A stretch of 64,000 nucleotides of DNA from Macrostomum lignano. Taxonomy: Eukaryota. The stretch spans positions 134,537-198,536 of the forward strand of contig NIVC01001690.1 of assembly GCA_002269645.1 (NCBI GenBank). Reading direction: 5' to 3'. A model generated the notes under the pieces. It saw nothing but the letters and a program-made list of their open reading frames with translations, was not told the origin of the DNA and searched no databases. A program made the position numbers and the translations under genes. Shown piece by piece: positions 44,380-63,009 of this stretch (its first letter is position 1; each line of letters starts with the position of its first letter).

Positions 44380-44837
44380 CCTATGCTTCAGTGGAGGTGA
44401 CACAGGAGATGCGGGTGAAGCATGGTAAGCATAATATGTCAACATTGTAAGTAAATTAGTGGCCATACTAATAACTATACTCGTATATAAACTGTGAATT
44501 TTTTACAATGTCCATTAATCTGCAGGTCGGATGGATTCGGAACGCGTAGTTCGCTTCTTCGAGAATTGCCACTTCAAGGATTGCACCTTTCAGTTTTAAT
44601 GAGCAACTTCTGATGAACAGTTTACGAGTATGACTACTGTCACTGTGTTGTTTTTGTGCTTAATGTAGCGCGTTTTCCATTGACAAGCGTTTCGCTGCCC
44701 ATTAACTGCACTTTGAGATGCGTGTTATTGTCAACATATTTGCGTGTTATTGTCCATCGGTATATTTTAAGATAACAGAAAATTAACAAGCATACGAAGG
44801 ATAACAGGTTTAAAAAAGCAATTTAACGAAATATTTA

Positions 44838-45340
44838 ACTAAATATTCAAGATAGCGTCGAATTCCGGCTCAAATACAACCGAGAGTTGCAGGAGCGTAA
44901 TATTTTCCCTCATTGGTCTTTAATTGGAAATCATATATTCAAAGGTATTCATTCAGCGTTCTGTCATCCAGCGAGGCATAGTCCGTGCGTAGGCTTCGAT
45001 TCATACAAAAGTTGAAAAAACGCCTACTGTTCTCCTCCATTTGCCGCCTGGTGCTAGCGGGCAGACCTTCAATCTCGATGCCATCTAACTGGAGCAACTC
45101 ATCACTCAGATCACCGCTATCAGCTTGTTAAAGTTCTTCGAACTCCTGTAAATCGTCAAGTTGTTCGGTATCCTTCGCCAGAAAGTTCATAAAGTCGTCG
45201 ATAAGCTCGCTACATTCATCGCCGTTCGAAGACAGTCTCGTAATGATGTCCAAGTCATTATCAGTGACGCCACTGATCTCATCCGTTGGCAGAGCTTTGT
45301 AGTTAAGTAACTGCGGTAAAAGTCTAGTTGATTTCGACAT
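44838..45340 (-). pseudogene. Crypton/DUF3504-like tyrosine-recombinase N-terminal fragment
   Basis: Single frame ...STRRQMEENSRRFFNFC..LDDRTLNEYL*IYDFQLKTNEGKYYAPATLGCI*AGIRRYL resembles, from memory, the LN..L..F...RK.DG..Y...TL..I.AGI.RYL block. It contains three stops. Confidence 0.55.
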
Positions 45341-45357
45341 GTCTCGCTTTAAATTAA

Positions 45358-46384
45358 CCACTTCGCGCCCAAGCTTGGTTCCGCAAGATGGCTTAAAAGC
45401 CCAAAGGCCTGCAGAGCAGTCCATAGACAAATTTGTCTTTTTTGCTGAATCGAGTGCACACCCTAGAAGCCCAGAAGTAAAGTATATCACATAGTTTTTC
45501 AGCTAGCTCCTGTTCAAACCTTCCTACCCACAAATGGCTTTTACGCGGCCGAATAGGACAGCTAAAAGTGACGCCTTGCGCAGACTGGGACTCGATTCCG
45601 ATTCGGAAGACGCTTTATCAAGCAATGACTCGACGGTTTTTGAGTCAGAAACGGAGTCGGAAGGCATGGATCCAGAAATTGATCAGAGCCAAGATGAGGC
45701 GACCGCGGAATGGGTTGAAGTAACCCCTGGAAATGACAACTCGTTTGACCACGACGGGGTGCCGGTATTCCGAGGGTTTTCGACCATCAATCTAAGCACT
45801 GGTCTACCAGAAAATCCAGACGAAAGTATGAAATAATTTTTATCAATCTTCCTAACTGAAGAGTTTCTCACCACCGTCTTGTCACATGGACCAATGAGCG
45901 AATGTGGTTGGCAGTCAGGGAGTTCCAGCAGGAGAGTGCAGAAAATGGCGAGGAAGAGAGCGAGAGTTGTTGTTGAGCTTAGCCGCGAAGTGCTGGGCGA
46001 AGGATACCACATATACACGGACGACTCCCTGCAACGGAAGCCCAGACTCGCCCAAGCAAACGATTCCGAATTTGAAACCTGACGTTCCAGCTAAGAAGAC
46101 AGTATTTTGCTGCGGCCAATGTCCCGGAAATCCTGGTCTCTGTCCAGATCCATGCTAATTCATCCACGCTTTATTTCCCCTTTAACATTTCTCATTTGAG
46201 TGAAAACACAATAGAAATGCACAATGGACGTCTTTAAATCAGTCATGGCCTACACAGCAGGCCATACTGGGCACTTGCTTTAGTGATTGGGAGATGGTTT
46301 TTGATGCCATAGACATTTTTCAATCTCTGGGTTTCTGGGCCGTTTCGGTATGGCCTGCGGTGCAGGCCTTTGGCTTCCAAATGG
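45358..46384 (+). mobile_element. Internally deleted piggyBac transposon
   Basis: TTAA on both sides (45354-45357, 46385-46388); CCAYTT termini; subterminal inverted repeats AAGCC(C)AAAGGCCTGCA..GCAG.CCATA. Transposase remnants from 45534: acidic N-terminus, FLSIFLTEE, VVELSREVLGEGYHIYTD. Confidence 0.82.
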
Positions 46385-46459
46385 TTAAAAATTTTCTGTA
46401 TTTAGCATTCGTCTGAGCTTGATATCTCGCCTCAGCTTCGACTTTAATACAAAAACTTT

Positions 46460-49092
46460 CCCACAGATACTAAATACCATAGATGGTTCACTCGACTATA
46501 TTTAGCAAAACTACTCCCTGTGCACTACTCTCATTCGTGGTGTTCCCGAATGAGAGTAGTGCACAGCAGCTTGGTAGCAGAAAGCGATAGGAGCCACCCT
46601 TCTTTGAATGGCATCGTAGGCTTAACAGCGCGCCCATTCAGTAGGAGAAAGCGCCAGCTCCGCACGAAGTCTTCCGCCTCTGTCAGACGGTCGATCTGCG
46701 CCGATAGAGTATCGCGATGAATCGGCTGCTGGAAGCCTTTGCCATAGAGATGCGCTGAGTTCAGCATGTCGAAAATGTCATTCAGACGCTTTGCAAATTC
46801 AGCTGTCTGCAACGCATCCTCAGATAATTCATTATGATAGACCAAAGTCCTGATACCACTTGCAACAGAATGGCTTAACACTTGTGCTGCGAGTGATACT
46901 TTCATCTTCTGACCCAGAGCTAAGCTGAAATGAGCGTCGGTGAGCTTGCTTGCTAATCGGAGAGATGGGCCACTGTCGTTCTGATAAAACTGGATGAGAT
47001 GCTACCACTTAGCTAGCTTGCACTCGTTGAATTTGATGTCGTTCTTCATCGGGGCGTTTCTAGCATTTTTAGGCAATGTGGGATGTCCACGATTACGTAG
47101 ACTGGCTCACCGGTTACAGGGTGACGTAAAAAAGGATTAGCAGAGTCAGCCCGTCTGGAAAGGTGAGCCCACTGGGTTGACTCTTGATCCGCAACCAGTG
47201 CAACGACCTTAATCCCGGCCTTGTGGCTAGCTGTCAGGCACTCATCAATAGCTATCCCGAATCCTTCTTGGCCAAGAGTTCGAAAAACAGGATAATATGC
47301 GTGAAGTGCATGGAAAATGCACTTAATAATTGTAGCCCATACCCGTACTTTGCTAGTTTCGTCCCCTTTTTATTACGTGCTAACTGTAGTAGTCCCCATT
47401 CACTTATGTCTATGACCACGACCTTAAAACCCTCGTATTGCCTCCCCCCCCGAGCGCGTCTTCTCTCTAAGTTTTTCTTCGGCCCAAAGCTTTCGTAATC
47501 GCATGACAAATAAAAAGCAATATCAGCCATAAGAGATAATCTGCAACAAGACAAATACATCAGTTACCAGACACAAAAATGCGATTGGTTGTTTCCAGTC
47601 CTGAAAGACTCCTCGAAGCACAGCGACGATGGCCTCGTTTACAGGTCTGGGCAACTGCTCCTTGCTGTCATCAAGGATGTCAAGGATCGCAGCCCAACCA
47701 CCATGTCACGATGTTGCTGGTAGCGCAGGATGGGTGTGAGACTCATTCCATCGAAGCAAAGGGTAGCAATCCGCTGCTGATTTGTCGATGATGCAAACTT
47801 GGACTGCAAGGATCGCATCGTCAAGTTGCAAATCCCAGGCAATACGAAATACTGTCGAATTGCCGCCTAATTGTCGAACTTGATGGTAGCGGAATTTTCC
47901 ACTTATTGCGGACCAGTCGGTAAGCTGACGAGCCTTTGTGATGCAGCTGAATTGAGCACGCAATGTCTGCTTTGGTCCAGCGCATTCCGCGACTGCGAAC
48001 ATCACGCCTGACCTTCTGCTGCATCAGACGAGTAGCTATTGAGCTGCTGCTACCCGACTGGACTGCTTTTGCTTTTTCTATTCGCGCTTGCATCTGTCGG
48101 ATGGTGGTTTTTGGCGGCGAACTTTGCTGCGCAGCTGAGCGATGATGTTATTGCTTCGTTGTTCAGCATGACCTTGGTTGGTTGAGCTTGCCTGCTGCTC
48201 TTCGGCCTGTGGCGGCTCACCATCAGTGCTGTTGAATGGCTGCAGTTCAGGTGGATAGAGATTGTCAGCCTCTTCGTCACTGCGAACAACAAAATGTGTC
48301 AGGTCGTGTGCAATGAGGCGGGGTAGAGTCAGCTCCCTGTCTGGAAGGGCATTCCATCGCAAACGTGTGGTATCTTAATGTCGCAGAGAAGGACAGCTGG
48401 AATAATTGTCAGTAAAATGCACACTGCACACTCGCAATGCCATCTTGCGAATGGCTCCGATGTCCAAGTCGATTTCCAGCATTTGCCGCCATCGGTTCGC
48501 AACTCCGTCGTCCGCTGGAAACCTGTGCATTCGCACAGCCACTCCCTCGTCCGTTAGAGATTGCGCTGTATGGGTGCAGGTGGCTGCCACAGCAGCGCTT
48601 TGAGCTGAATTCCATGTCAGTATGGTGATTGCAAGAAGCGTTGCTGGTGTTTTCGTCGTTCTTGCTCTGTTTGCTGGTAAGCCTCAAAGTGCGAAGTATA
48701 AAATCTTTTCTTTCTCCGTCCTGCCAATTATTCCTTTAAACTGCGTATCTCGTCCCACTTGACTGCTAGCTAAAAACGAAGTCAATCGATTTCTTCGACT
48801 GTCTATGGCCAAGACCAACGCCTTTTTGTGGTGGGTGCAGATTTTACTAGCGGTTTTTACGCCTGAGAATTTCGATCCACTGCCAAGCTTGGCCATAGAT
48901 AAAAGAATTGAAAGCGCCAAGGTTGTGCGTGTGTGACGCGGGCAGCTAGACCATCATTCTCTCCAAATATTTTATGTCAAGACAAAAAATAGAGCAAATA
49001 TGCGCTTATGCCACTGGACAGAGAGTAGCAAATCAAACTGACGCATAAAGATAATGCTGAGTGAATCATCTAGGGTATTTAGTATCTGTGGG
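46460..49092 (-). mobile_element. P-element/THAP9-like transposon remnant (transposase pseudogene from ATG 48615 to ~46520)
   Basis: THAP domain (MHRFP..RW..RVCSVHF..LRWNALP); transposase motifs LPSSSTIRR, LCFDGMSL..Y...DMVVG, MKVSLAAQVLSHSVA, NDIFDMLNS. Perfect 19-bp inverted repeat GGTATTTAGTATCTGTGGG at 46460-46478 and 49074-49092. Confidence 0.85.
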
Positions 49093-50039
49093 CTTTCCTA
49101 TTAAAATAAAAATTGTCTATGGCCATAAACTCCCCATCCCTGCAAGAAGTTCTTCCAAGGCTGCGTGCTATTGTCTCTCCAGACCATAGACTACTAGTCT
49201 ATAGGGAAACACTAGTCAATGCACTCATCAGTAGCCGGGGTGCTTGATATTGTATTATCGCACGAGCGCCTTTGAAGTTGAAGCGATCAGTCTGTAGTTT
49301 TTATGATCTAATTGGACTTCCTGAGTCCCGGTTAGTGCTCGCCCGATAATACAATATCAAGCATCCCGACTGCAGAAGAATATACCATTGTTTGGAGGCT
49401 AAAATGTCTTGACTATCCTTTTTTCTTGTCAATGTATTCCAGAATGCCATCAGTGCATAGTTAACTATGCAATACAATGCAATAAATGCATAGTTAACTA
49501 ACAGTCTATGGTTCAACCGCCTGCTAAAGCTGAATTAATGGCCAGTTGAGTCTGTCATTACACCAGGCTGTGTCTTATGATGGACAATGCCAAAAATATA
49601 ATAATTTGACTAGATGGTCTTAACTTATCGTGCGCCACGGTACTTCATACTCTCTGCCCAAGTGACTTATCAGTTCACCCACCCCATCTCTCGTCCGCCC
49701 AAGTGACTTATCAGTTCACCCATCCCATCTCTCGTCCAATCAAATCAAATTTAAGTGTAAAACAATGGTAGATTGTATAGCCACGGACTACTTAAGTAGA
49801 AGGACGCGACACGCGCAAAACGTGCAAATTTTATTGGAGGCTGAATATTCAATTTTATGTAGCCCGACTCCAGAAACTCGCCGAAGTGTAGTTTTTTCAC
49901 AGGATGCACATAACTTAGTCCTTGTTGATGTGAGATATGTAATGTATGATTAAAACGATGCAGAAACCTTAGAAATTAGTTTCAAGCGACGAGAACTAGC
50001 TTTTGTCTGATGAATTTCGAAGTGCGACAACTATGGAGC

Positions 50040-51530
50040 GAGTAGAGCGAGTAGAGGAGCGAGTAGAGAGGAGCGAGTAGAGCGAGTAGAGGAGCGAGTA
50101 GCGAGTGGAGAGGAGAGAGCAGAGAGCTGCAGATGAGAGGAGAGCAGAGAGAAGAGCAGAGAGGAGTTAGTAAAGAGGAGAAAGGAGAGATGAGAGAGTA
50201 AATGGAAGAGAGAAGAGATAAGGTTGTACAGATGAGAGAGGTGTAAGGAGAGATGAGAAATGAGAGATGAGAGATAAAGGAGGAGAGTGGAGAGAGAAGA
50301 GACGAGACAAGAGAGGGAGAGAGTATATAGAAGAGGGAAGAGAAGAGAAGAGAAGAAAGGAGAAAGGAAAGTGAGGAGACAAAAGAGGTGAAAGAAAAGA
50401 GTACAGAGGACAGAATGAGAGAACTTATAAGACAGTAAAGATGACAGATGAAAGGGGGGATGAGCTGAGAGCAGAGACGAAAATGAACAGACGAGAGATG
50501 GGAGAGTAGAGAGAACAGAGGAGAGATAAGAGAGAAGAGATTACAGAGACGAGAGGAGAGACAAAGGGAGAGAGAAGTGAGTGAGGCGAGAGGGGAGAAA
50601 AGAGGAGAATGGAGGGGAGAGAGTAGAGAGGAGAAGAAAGATGGGGAAGAGGGGGAAGCAGAGAGAGGGGGAAGCAGAGAGAGGGGGAAGCAGAGAGAGG
50701 GGGAAGCAGAGAGAGAGGGGAAGCAGAGAGAGAGGGGGAAGCAGAGAGAGAGGGGGGAAGCAGAGAGAGAGGGGAGCAGAGAGAGGGGGAAGCAGAGAGA
50801 GAGGGGAGCAGAGAGAGGGGGAAGCAGAGAGAGGGGGAAGCAGAGAGAGAGGGAAGCAGAGAGAGGAGGAAGCAGAGAGAGGGGGAAGCAGAGAGAGAGG
50901 GGGGAAGCAGAGAGAGGGGGAAGCAGAGAGAGAGGGGGAAGCAGAGAGAGAGGGAAGCAGAGAGAGGGGGAAGCAGAGAGAGAGGGGGGAAGCAGAGAGA
51001 GGGGGGAAGCGGAGAGAGAGGGGGAAGCAGAGAGAGAGGGGGGAAGCAGAGAGAGAGGGGGAAGCAGAGAGAGAGGGGGGAGCAGAGAGAGAGAGGGGGA
51101 AGCAGAGAGAGAGGGGGAAGCAGAGAGAGAGGGGGGAAGCAGAGAGAGAGAGGGGGGAAGCAGAGAGAGAGGGGGGAAGCAGAGAGAGAGAGAGAGGGGG
51201 GGAAGCAGAGAGAGAGGGGGGAAGCAGAGAGAAATGAAAAGAGATAAAAGAGAAGAGAGAGAAGAGAAAGGAGAGATCAGAGAGCAAATAAAGACGAGAG
51301 AGAAGAGAGGTGAAGGAAAAGACGAGAGAAGAGTGGGAGGAGAGGAAAGAGAAAAGAAGAGAAAAGAGGTGAGATAAGAGAGATGAAAAAGAAGAGAAAT
51401 GAGGGAAGATACGAGAGAAGAGGGGAGAGAGGAAAGAGGAAAAAGAGAGGAGAGGAGAGGAGAGAGAGCAGAGAGGAGAGACGAGGGACGAGAGAGAAGA
51501 GGGGAAACAGAAGAGAAGATAAAAGTTTTA
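50040..51530. repeat. GA-rich low-complexity tract with an ~18-20-bp core minisatellite (50650-51230)
   Basis: GGGGGAAGCAGAGAGAGA units; nearly pure purine strand. Confidence 0.92.
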
Positions 51531-52744
51531 AAGGATCCAAGGGACGTAGGGAGAGTCAGAGGCAGAGGCCAGAGTTTGCCAATACATGTTTTAGAGTCAG
51601 ACAGACATTAATTGCCTATTTAAAGTAAAAGCACCCCAGCCAACAATATCAATGTTTGCCTCAAATCCTAATTGTACGCGAATGTATTCCATTTTGTTTA
51701 CCTCTATCCTACTAACTATCAACAAGTTTTTGTTTCAGTATGGGCTTAGATTTCAAGTACATGCAAAAATAGTTCCGGGGATTGGAATTCCCCGGGTTTA
51801 AATTCCGCGGGTTTCAACAGCTTGTACATCGTATAAACGATAGTCTCCAGACATTTCTAAACAATACTAAGCTAGACGTTAAGTATATAGTGACTAAAAA
51901 TTGAAGAAAAAAATACGAACACACTCTGAAAAAGGGATCTGTATAAGGGATATGTTGCGTCCTGTATAAACGACAATTAAGTAGTCCGTGTGTATAGTAT
52001 GTTGCGGATCGCGGAGGTGAATAATGGCAAAAACACCATTATGTTTTGTGGTTGGACCATTATTAAACGGTGCAAGCAACATACTATAAGAGTGCATTGT
52101 ATAGAATTCTCACCCAGCACACCGGTCAATTTAACACACTTTTAAGCGGCCATTAGTTCTTTCAAATTCGATTTGATTGGACGACAGATTGGGTGGGTGA
52201 CCTAATTGGTCACTTGGGCAGAGAGTATGATGAACATTGATTATCTGAGTTTACAATCAGATAACATAATTGGATAGTCTATAACTTAGTCATAGAATTT
52301 CATTAGTTTAATAACATCATAACAGTATACGCCTGCTCTTATCAATTGGAAAAATCTGCCGGTGGAGTCACTGAATGGTGTAATAATGGCCGTTTTGACT
52401 TGTCATTATGCCTGGTTAAAAGCACAGATACTATATACACTAGATAGGCCACTCAGGCTAATTTTCACAACACGACAGTTTATTCTACTTTCTGCTTAGT
52501 AGTGATAAAACATTTTAGCGTTTTTTATATTTAAAAAATTAAAAACCAAGATGAATACAATGCAGCAATTGTATTATGATATTATTAGCAAAAATAAACT
52601 TTTAACTATACTTTCTACGACAAAAAGCAATAGTGTGAATGCTTTAGATTGCATTGACGGCCATATTATTGCTGTTAACTATACTTAGCAAATACAAGCT
52701 ATTATATACTCCATATTCGTTTATCTAAATAGAATGATTTCTCA

Positions 52745-53098
52745 TCAATTAATCAGCTCATCAGTTCTTTGCACAGAGGGTAGTTGGTCTATTCGAACGA
52801 GCCGAGGCAGCACCAGCTCTCGGTGTGGGATTGCGTCCCAGCGAAGACGGGTGTCTTGTTCGTGGCGCTTTTTAGGGCAGTTGTAGGCCTCGTCCGTAAA
52901 GTGCAAGCTGCATACACGTAGGCCCCGTGACCATATTGTTTGGAGGTCAATATCCAGCTCCAATAGCTGCTGCCAGCGCTTCGCCACAGTTTCATCTTTC
53001 GGAAATCTATGCATTCGCACCGGATTTCCTTTCTCGGGTTGTGATAGCACAGAGCTCGTGCAAGTGGGAGCACAGCAGTGGTTCGAATCAAATGACAT
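52745..53098 (-). CDS. Stand-alone THAP (C2CH zinc finger) ORF, 117 aa, related to the P-element THAP at 48330-48615
   Basis: CCAPTC...MHRFPKDETVAKRW...RVCSLHF...LRWDAIP, all zinc ligands intact, no stops. Acceptor-like TTTCTATCTCGTAG 2 nt before the ATG. Confidence 0.75.
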   Translation of the reverse strand: MSFDSNHCCAPTCTSSVLSQPEKGNPVRMHRFPKDETVAKRWQQLLELDIDLQTIWSRGLRVCSLHFTDEAYNCPKKRHEQDTRLRWDAIPHRELVLPRLVRIDQLPSVQRTDELIN

Positions 53099-53929
53099 TT
53101 CTACGAGATAGAAAAGCTAGTACTTTCATTAACTCTTGACTCTTTTCCTGTTTATCAATATAAGCTTGTATTTAAACACGATTCGCCAGCCCCAAAATTT
53201 CTAACCCCCAACCTCTCAAACCCCACCCCTAACCCAGGCTAGCTATGTGCAGTCCTTGGTTTTCTATCCCACCACCAGTGCGCCTAAATTATCGATCCTC
53301 TCACCCTGCCTTATACGAAACCGATATCAACCCCATTTCAGACTACCCCTTCATCCACTTTAAAACTTAAAAGATAAGCGGAATTGTACACTGTCGCGTC
53401 TTAGTGTACACCCTTACTGCCCAAAACAAGTTAGTTGTCTATGACGATCTTATAGCAAACGATGTCTCAAGAACAGTCGCTCGATTTGTCTAACTTAGCA
53501 AATAATACTGTTGCTTCCTTTCATTGCTACTAAGCAGAAAGTAGAATAAAAAACTTGCCCAGAAAATTAGCCTGAGTGGCCTATCTAGTGTTTATAGTAT
53601 CTGTGGTTAAAAGTTCTTTACAATGGTCTTCTTTATAATGGCGTTAAAAGGACGACCGGGAGAGTTTTTGTAATAAAATTGATCGAAGTGTGTGAACTTG
53701 ACCGGTTTGCTGGGTAAATAAAAATTCTAAACGATGCAACCAACATACTACAAAATCTACCACTGAGAAGGCTTTGTGCACAATTATAATTAGTTATCAA
53801 CTCCAGCATTAAGGCGTCAGACTCGAAGCGGGTGAGCATTTACAAGAAAACTAGATCGAAACTAAAGCAAAAAACAGTCGCAACGTGTATAATTGTGGAA
53901 TATATGCGATTGTTTTCAATGATGTGTTT

Positions 53930-54295
53930 ATTTTTTCCGGAATTAGTGAGCGCATTTAAAAATATAATATTGTAGAGGAGTTTCATGTTCGTTTTCACAC
54001 AATCATAGAATCGAATTTGTAATAAATAATATACTGGATACAGGTTAGACCGCAGATCAATGTTGGCATATTGTTCAGAAAAGTACACAGATTCGCAAAT
54101 TATGGTGTCTTCACAAAAATTATTAAATGAAATACATTTTTGCACCTGCACGATGCTCAAGCACCTGATGCTGAAATTATTCTGGTGAATAACACATATA
54201 CTATGTACATTTGCCACCCACAACCTCGTTACTGTATACCCAGCAGCCTCCACCCCACGACGTCAAAAATCCAGTTGAAGTCATTTAGCCCCGGG
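53930..54295. repeat. Diverged remnant of the CUB-LDLa gene 3' flank
   Basis: Blocks TTAGTGAGCGCATTT, ATTATGGTGTCT, CGATGCTCAAGCACCTGATGCTG and ATCCAGTTGAAGTCATTTAGC also occur at 23280-24350. Confidence 0.6.
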
Positions 54296-55606
54296 CTGCC
54301 ATATGCTGTTGTTACAACGAAAGGAAATTATTTCTATCTTATGATTGCAACACAACATGGCAACAACATTATTTCAACGTTTGATCTTTAACTTACTAGT
54401 TTAACTTGTGTAATCCACATTGTATTACTAAGAGTAGCAATCGAAAAACGTAGTCAGGCCATCACCAATATAATTTTTAAAAAATTGCATAAAATTCTGC
54501 ACTATTTTTTCTATTGTTTGGCAAATTGATATAAATTTCTGCACGGTTTTCACACGAGTTTTACATAAATATTTCCAAAGAGAAGGATTTACATAAATAT
54601 AAAATGCAGTGGAGGATTTAAACACCCATAAGAGTGGCTGGGATTTAATCACTCCGTCCATTGAAAGCATTATACTTCAGAATATTGATCATATTTGGGG
54701 CTGCCAGCCCAAAAGAAAAGGGACGTGATTATCTTCAGTCACAGAGTCTTCTCTGTGATATATTTTTCGGCTCAATCAACTATTGTTGCTACTACAGGCG
54801 TAAATGGAGTATTTTCCATTAAAGAATTAAGCAGTTAACCATCCTCAGCCTCTCCCTAAAAAACTGTGCCAACAGCAAGCCAAAAGCTACTTTTGAATTT
54901 AACTTGATCCATGGGTGCGAAGTGGCTCCTTGTGTTGACAGGTCCAAGGAAGCAGACAAAGGTCAAGAAACATAAAATAGCAGAACAGAAAACTTATGCC
55001 AGTATAAAAGCTGAAGGGAAGCATCTATTGACACAAAATACCTAATTATTTTCAGTGGCAATCTGGTGCGTCTTCAAGGACCCAACAGCCACAGACATCG
55101 ACCTAGCTAGCCGTGGCTGAGCACCTCCAACATGCGGGAACCCGGTGAAGACTGCGGCAGGCGCAAAGCAGCAGTGCGGCTCAGGAGCTCAGCGTGGAGG
55201 AAACCGATGGCGAAGCCGACAAAGTCAGAAAATTTTAATTACAGTTGACTTTCTAATACCGTTGCTTTGCCAGCCAATATGTTAAATAGTCGAGGTAATT
55301 ATTATTTAGATCCCAGTCCCGTTTCTACGGCGTAGCGTTTCTATGGCATTATTTAGAATGCTCTCAGAATTGTTTACGCAAAGTGTTACTCGTACTCGTA
55401 TTTAGCTTTTTTTGATAAAATAAAGCCACTGAAAAACTAGATATTGTTTGTTGCATTGAGGCTGATTTTTGACAAGAATTTGGTTTCGATTCTATTGATA
55501 TAATTTGCTTGTAGCAAGAATCAGAAACATTAATCAACGATTCCAACCTGACTACTGATATAAAGTCTAACAAGTAGTGTACTACGATTTGTTAATGGTT
55601 GTGAAA

Positions 55607-61665
<6,059 letters not shown>

Positions 61666-62039
61666 ACTCCGATTTGCCATAGACTATTTGTTTAGCTAAG
61701 GGTAGGAAATTCAAAATGTACTTTTTGGGAATCAATCTTGATTGACTTTTGGTTGACTTTTTGGTTGACAGAGGTTGGGCGACTCAAGCTCAAGATTTAT
61801 TAAGAGTATTGATCTAATCAGCATCTTATCCAGTTGGCATTTGCTTACAACAGGCTATCTTACTGCAGTTACAAGTGCTGTGAAAATGATACACTAATAA
61901 ACCCAAAACTTTGTGAATAAAATACGAGGTAGGTATTGATAGAACTAGGAAATGAGAATTGTGTCTCTGTGGGAAGAGAGGGGGAAGAGGGAGAGAGATC
62001 GAAACAGAGAGGTAGAGAGGGGGAGAGAGTGAAAGAGGG

Positions 62040-62525
62040 AGAGGGGTGGATACAGAGAGGGAGGTGGATACAGGGAGGGAGGTGGATACAGAGAGGGAGG
62101 TGGATACAGAGAGGGAGGTGGATACAGAGAGGGAGGTGGATACAGAGAGGGAGGTGGATACAGAGAGGGAGGTGGATACAGGGAGGGAGGTGGATACAGA
62201 GAGGGAGGTGGATACAGGGAGGGAGGTGGATACAGGGAGGGAGGTGGATACAGGGAGGGAGGTGGATACAGAGAGGGAGGTGGATACAGGGAGGGAGTTG
62301 GATACAGAGAGGGAGGTGGATGCAGGGAGGGAGGTGGATACAGGGAGGGAGGTGGATACAGAGAGGGAGGTGGATACAGGGAGGGAGATGGATACAGAGA
62401 GGGAGGTGGATACAGGGAGGGAGGTGGATACAGGGAGGGAGATGGATACAGGGAGGGAGGTGGATACAGAGAGGGAGGTGGATACAGAGAGGGAGGTGGA
62501 TACAGAGAGGGAGGTGGATACAGGG
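62040..62525. repeat. 18-bp minisatellite
   Basis: GGAGGTGGATACAG(A/G)GAG units. Confidence 0.92.
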
Positions 62526-62705
62526 AGAGTAGAGGCGAGATGTGGAGGGGAACAGATTAGGAAGGATTTGAAAATACTGATAGTTTCACTCCTTGCACCG
62601 GTGAAGTCTAGTTCCGACTGTGCCAGCAGTTCAAGCAATACATCGCGAATCCATACTGTAAATCTATCATCCGACTCTCAAAAGTACATCGCGAAAATAC
62701 TGTCA

Positions 62706-62957
62706 TCATTTTTTGGCAACCTCATTCAGCCTTTTAGTTTCGATCTCCGCTTCTCGTTTCATCTTTTCTTCCAAAAGTGCGGCCAAGTTGCCGGCCGCGT
62801 AGCCACCGACGCTGACGGCCTGGGCGGGGGCCGCTTTCGCCGCCTGAGTCTCCTGCCGTTCCAGCGCGCGCAGCTTGTCCGCCTGTGCCTCGCGTTGGGC
62901 CTTGAGAGCCAGCTGCGTCTGCGGCGACTGCGGCGACTGTGCCAGCTTCCGAAGGGG
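62706..62957 (-). CDS. Probable late or terminal exon of an unidentified gene entering from beyond the right edge (coiled-coil-like)
   Basis: Acceptor CTACCACCACAG at 62958; GC-rich frame PLRKLAQ...LALKAQREAQADKLRALERQE...LAALLEEKMKREAEIETKRLNEVAKK*. No family recognised. Confidence 0.5.
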   Translation of the reverse strand, partial: PLRKLAQSPQSPQTQLALKAQREAQADKLRALERQETQAAKAAPAQAVSVGGYAAGNLAALLEEKMKREAEIETKRLNEVAKK

Positions 62958-63009
62958 CTGTGGTGGTAGCAAGAGTCATGCCAGACATTAGGGCGACAGA
63001 GCCGATACA

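Noticed and set aside
44392-44600. Plus-strand gene remnant interrupted by the LINE, ending ...RFFENCHFKDCTFQF*
   Set aside because: It needs one assumed intron and has an upstream stop; too short to support as a feature.
46308-49121. CATAGAC/GTCTATG as the P-element TIR pair
   Set aside because: There is no TSD, and the left motif lies inside the piggyBac subterminal region.
51755-51880. Helitron/Helentron-like terminal hairpin CCGGGGA...TCCCCGG
   Set aside because: No matching opposite end or second copy could be identified.
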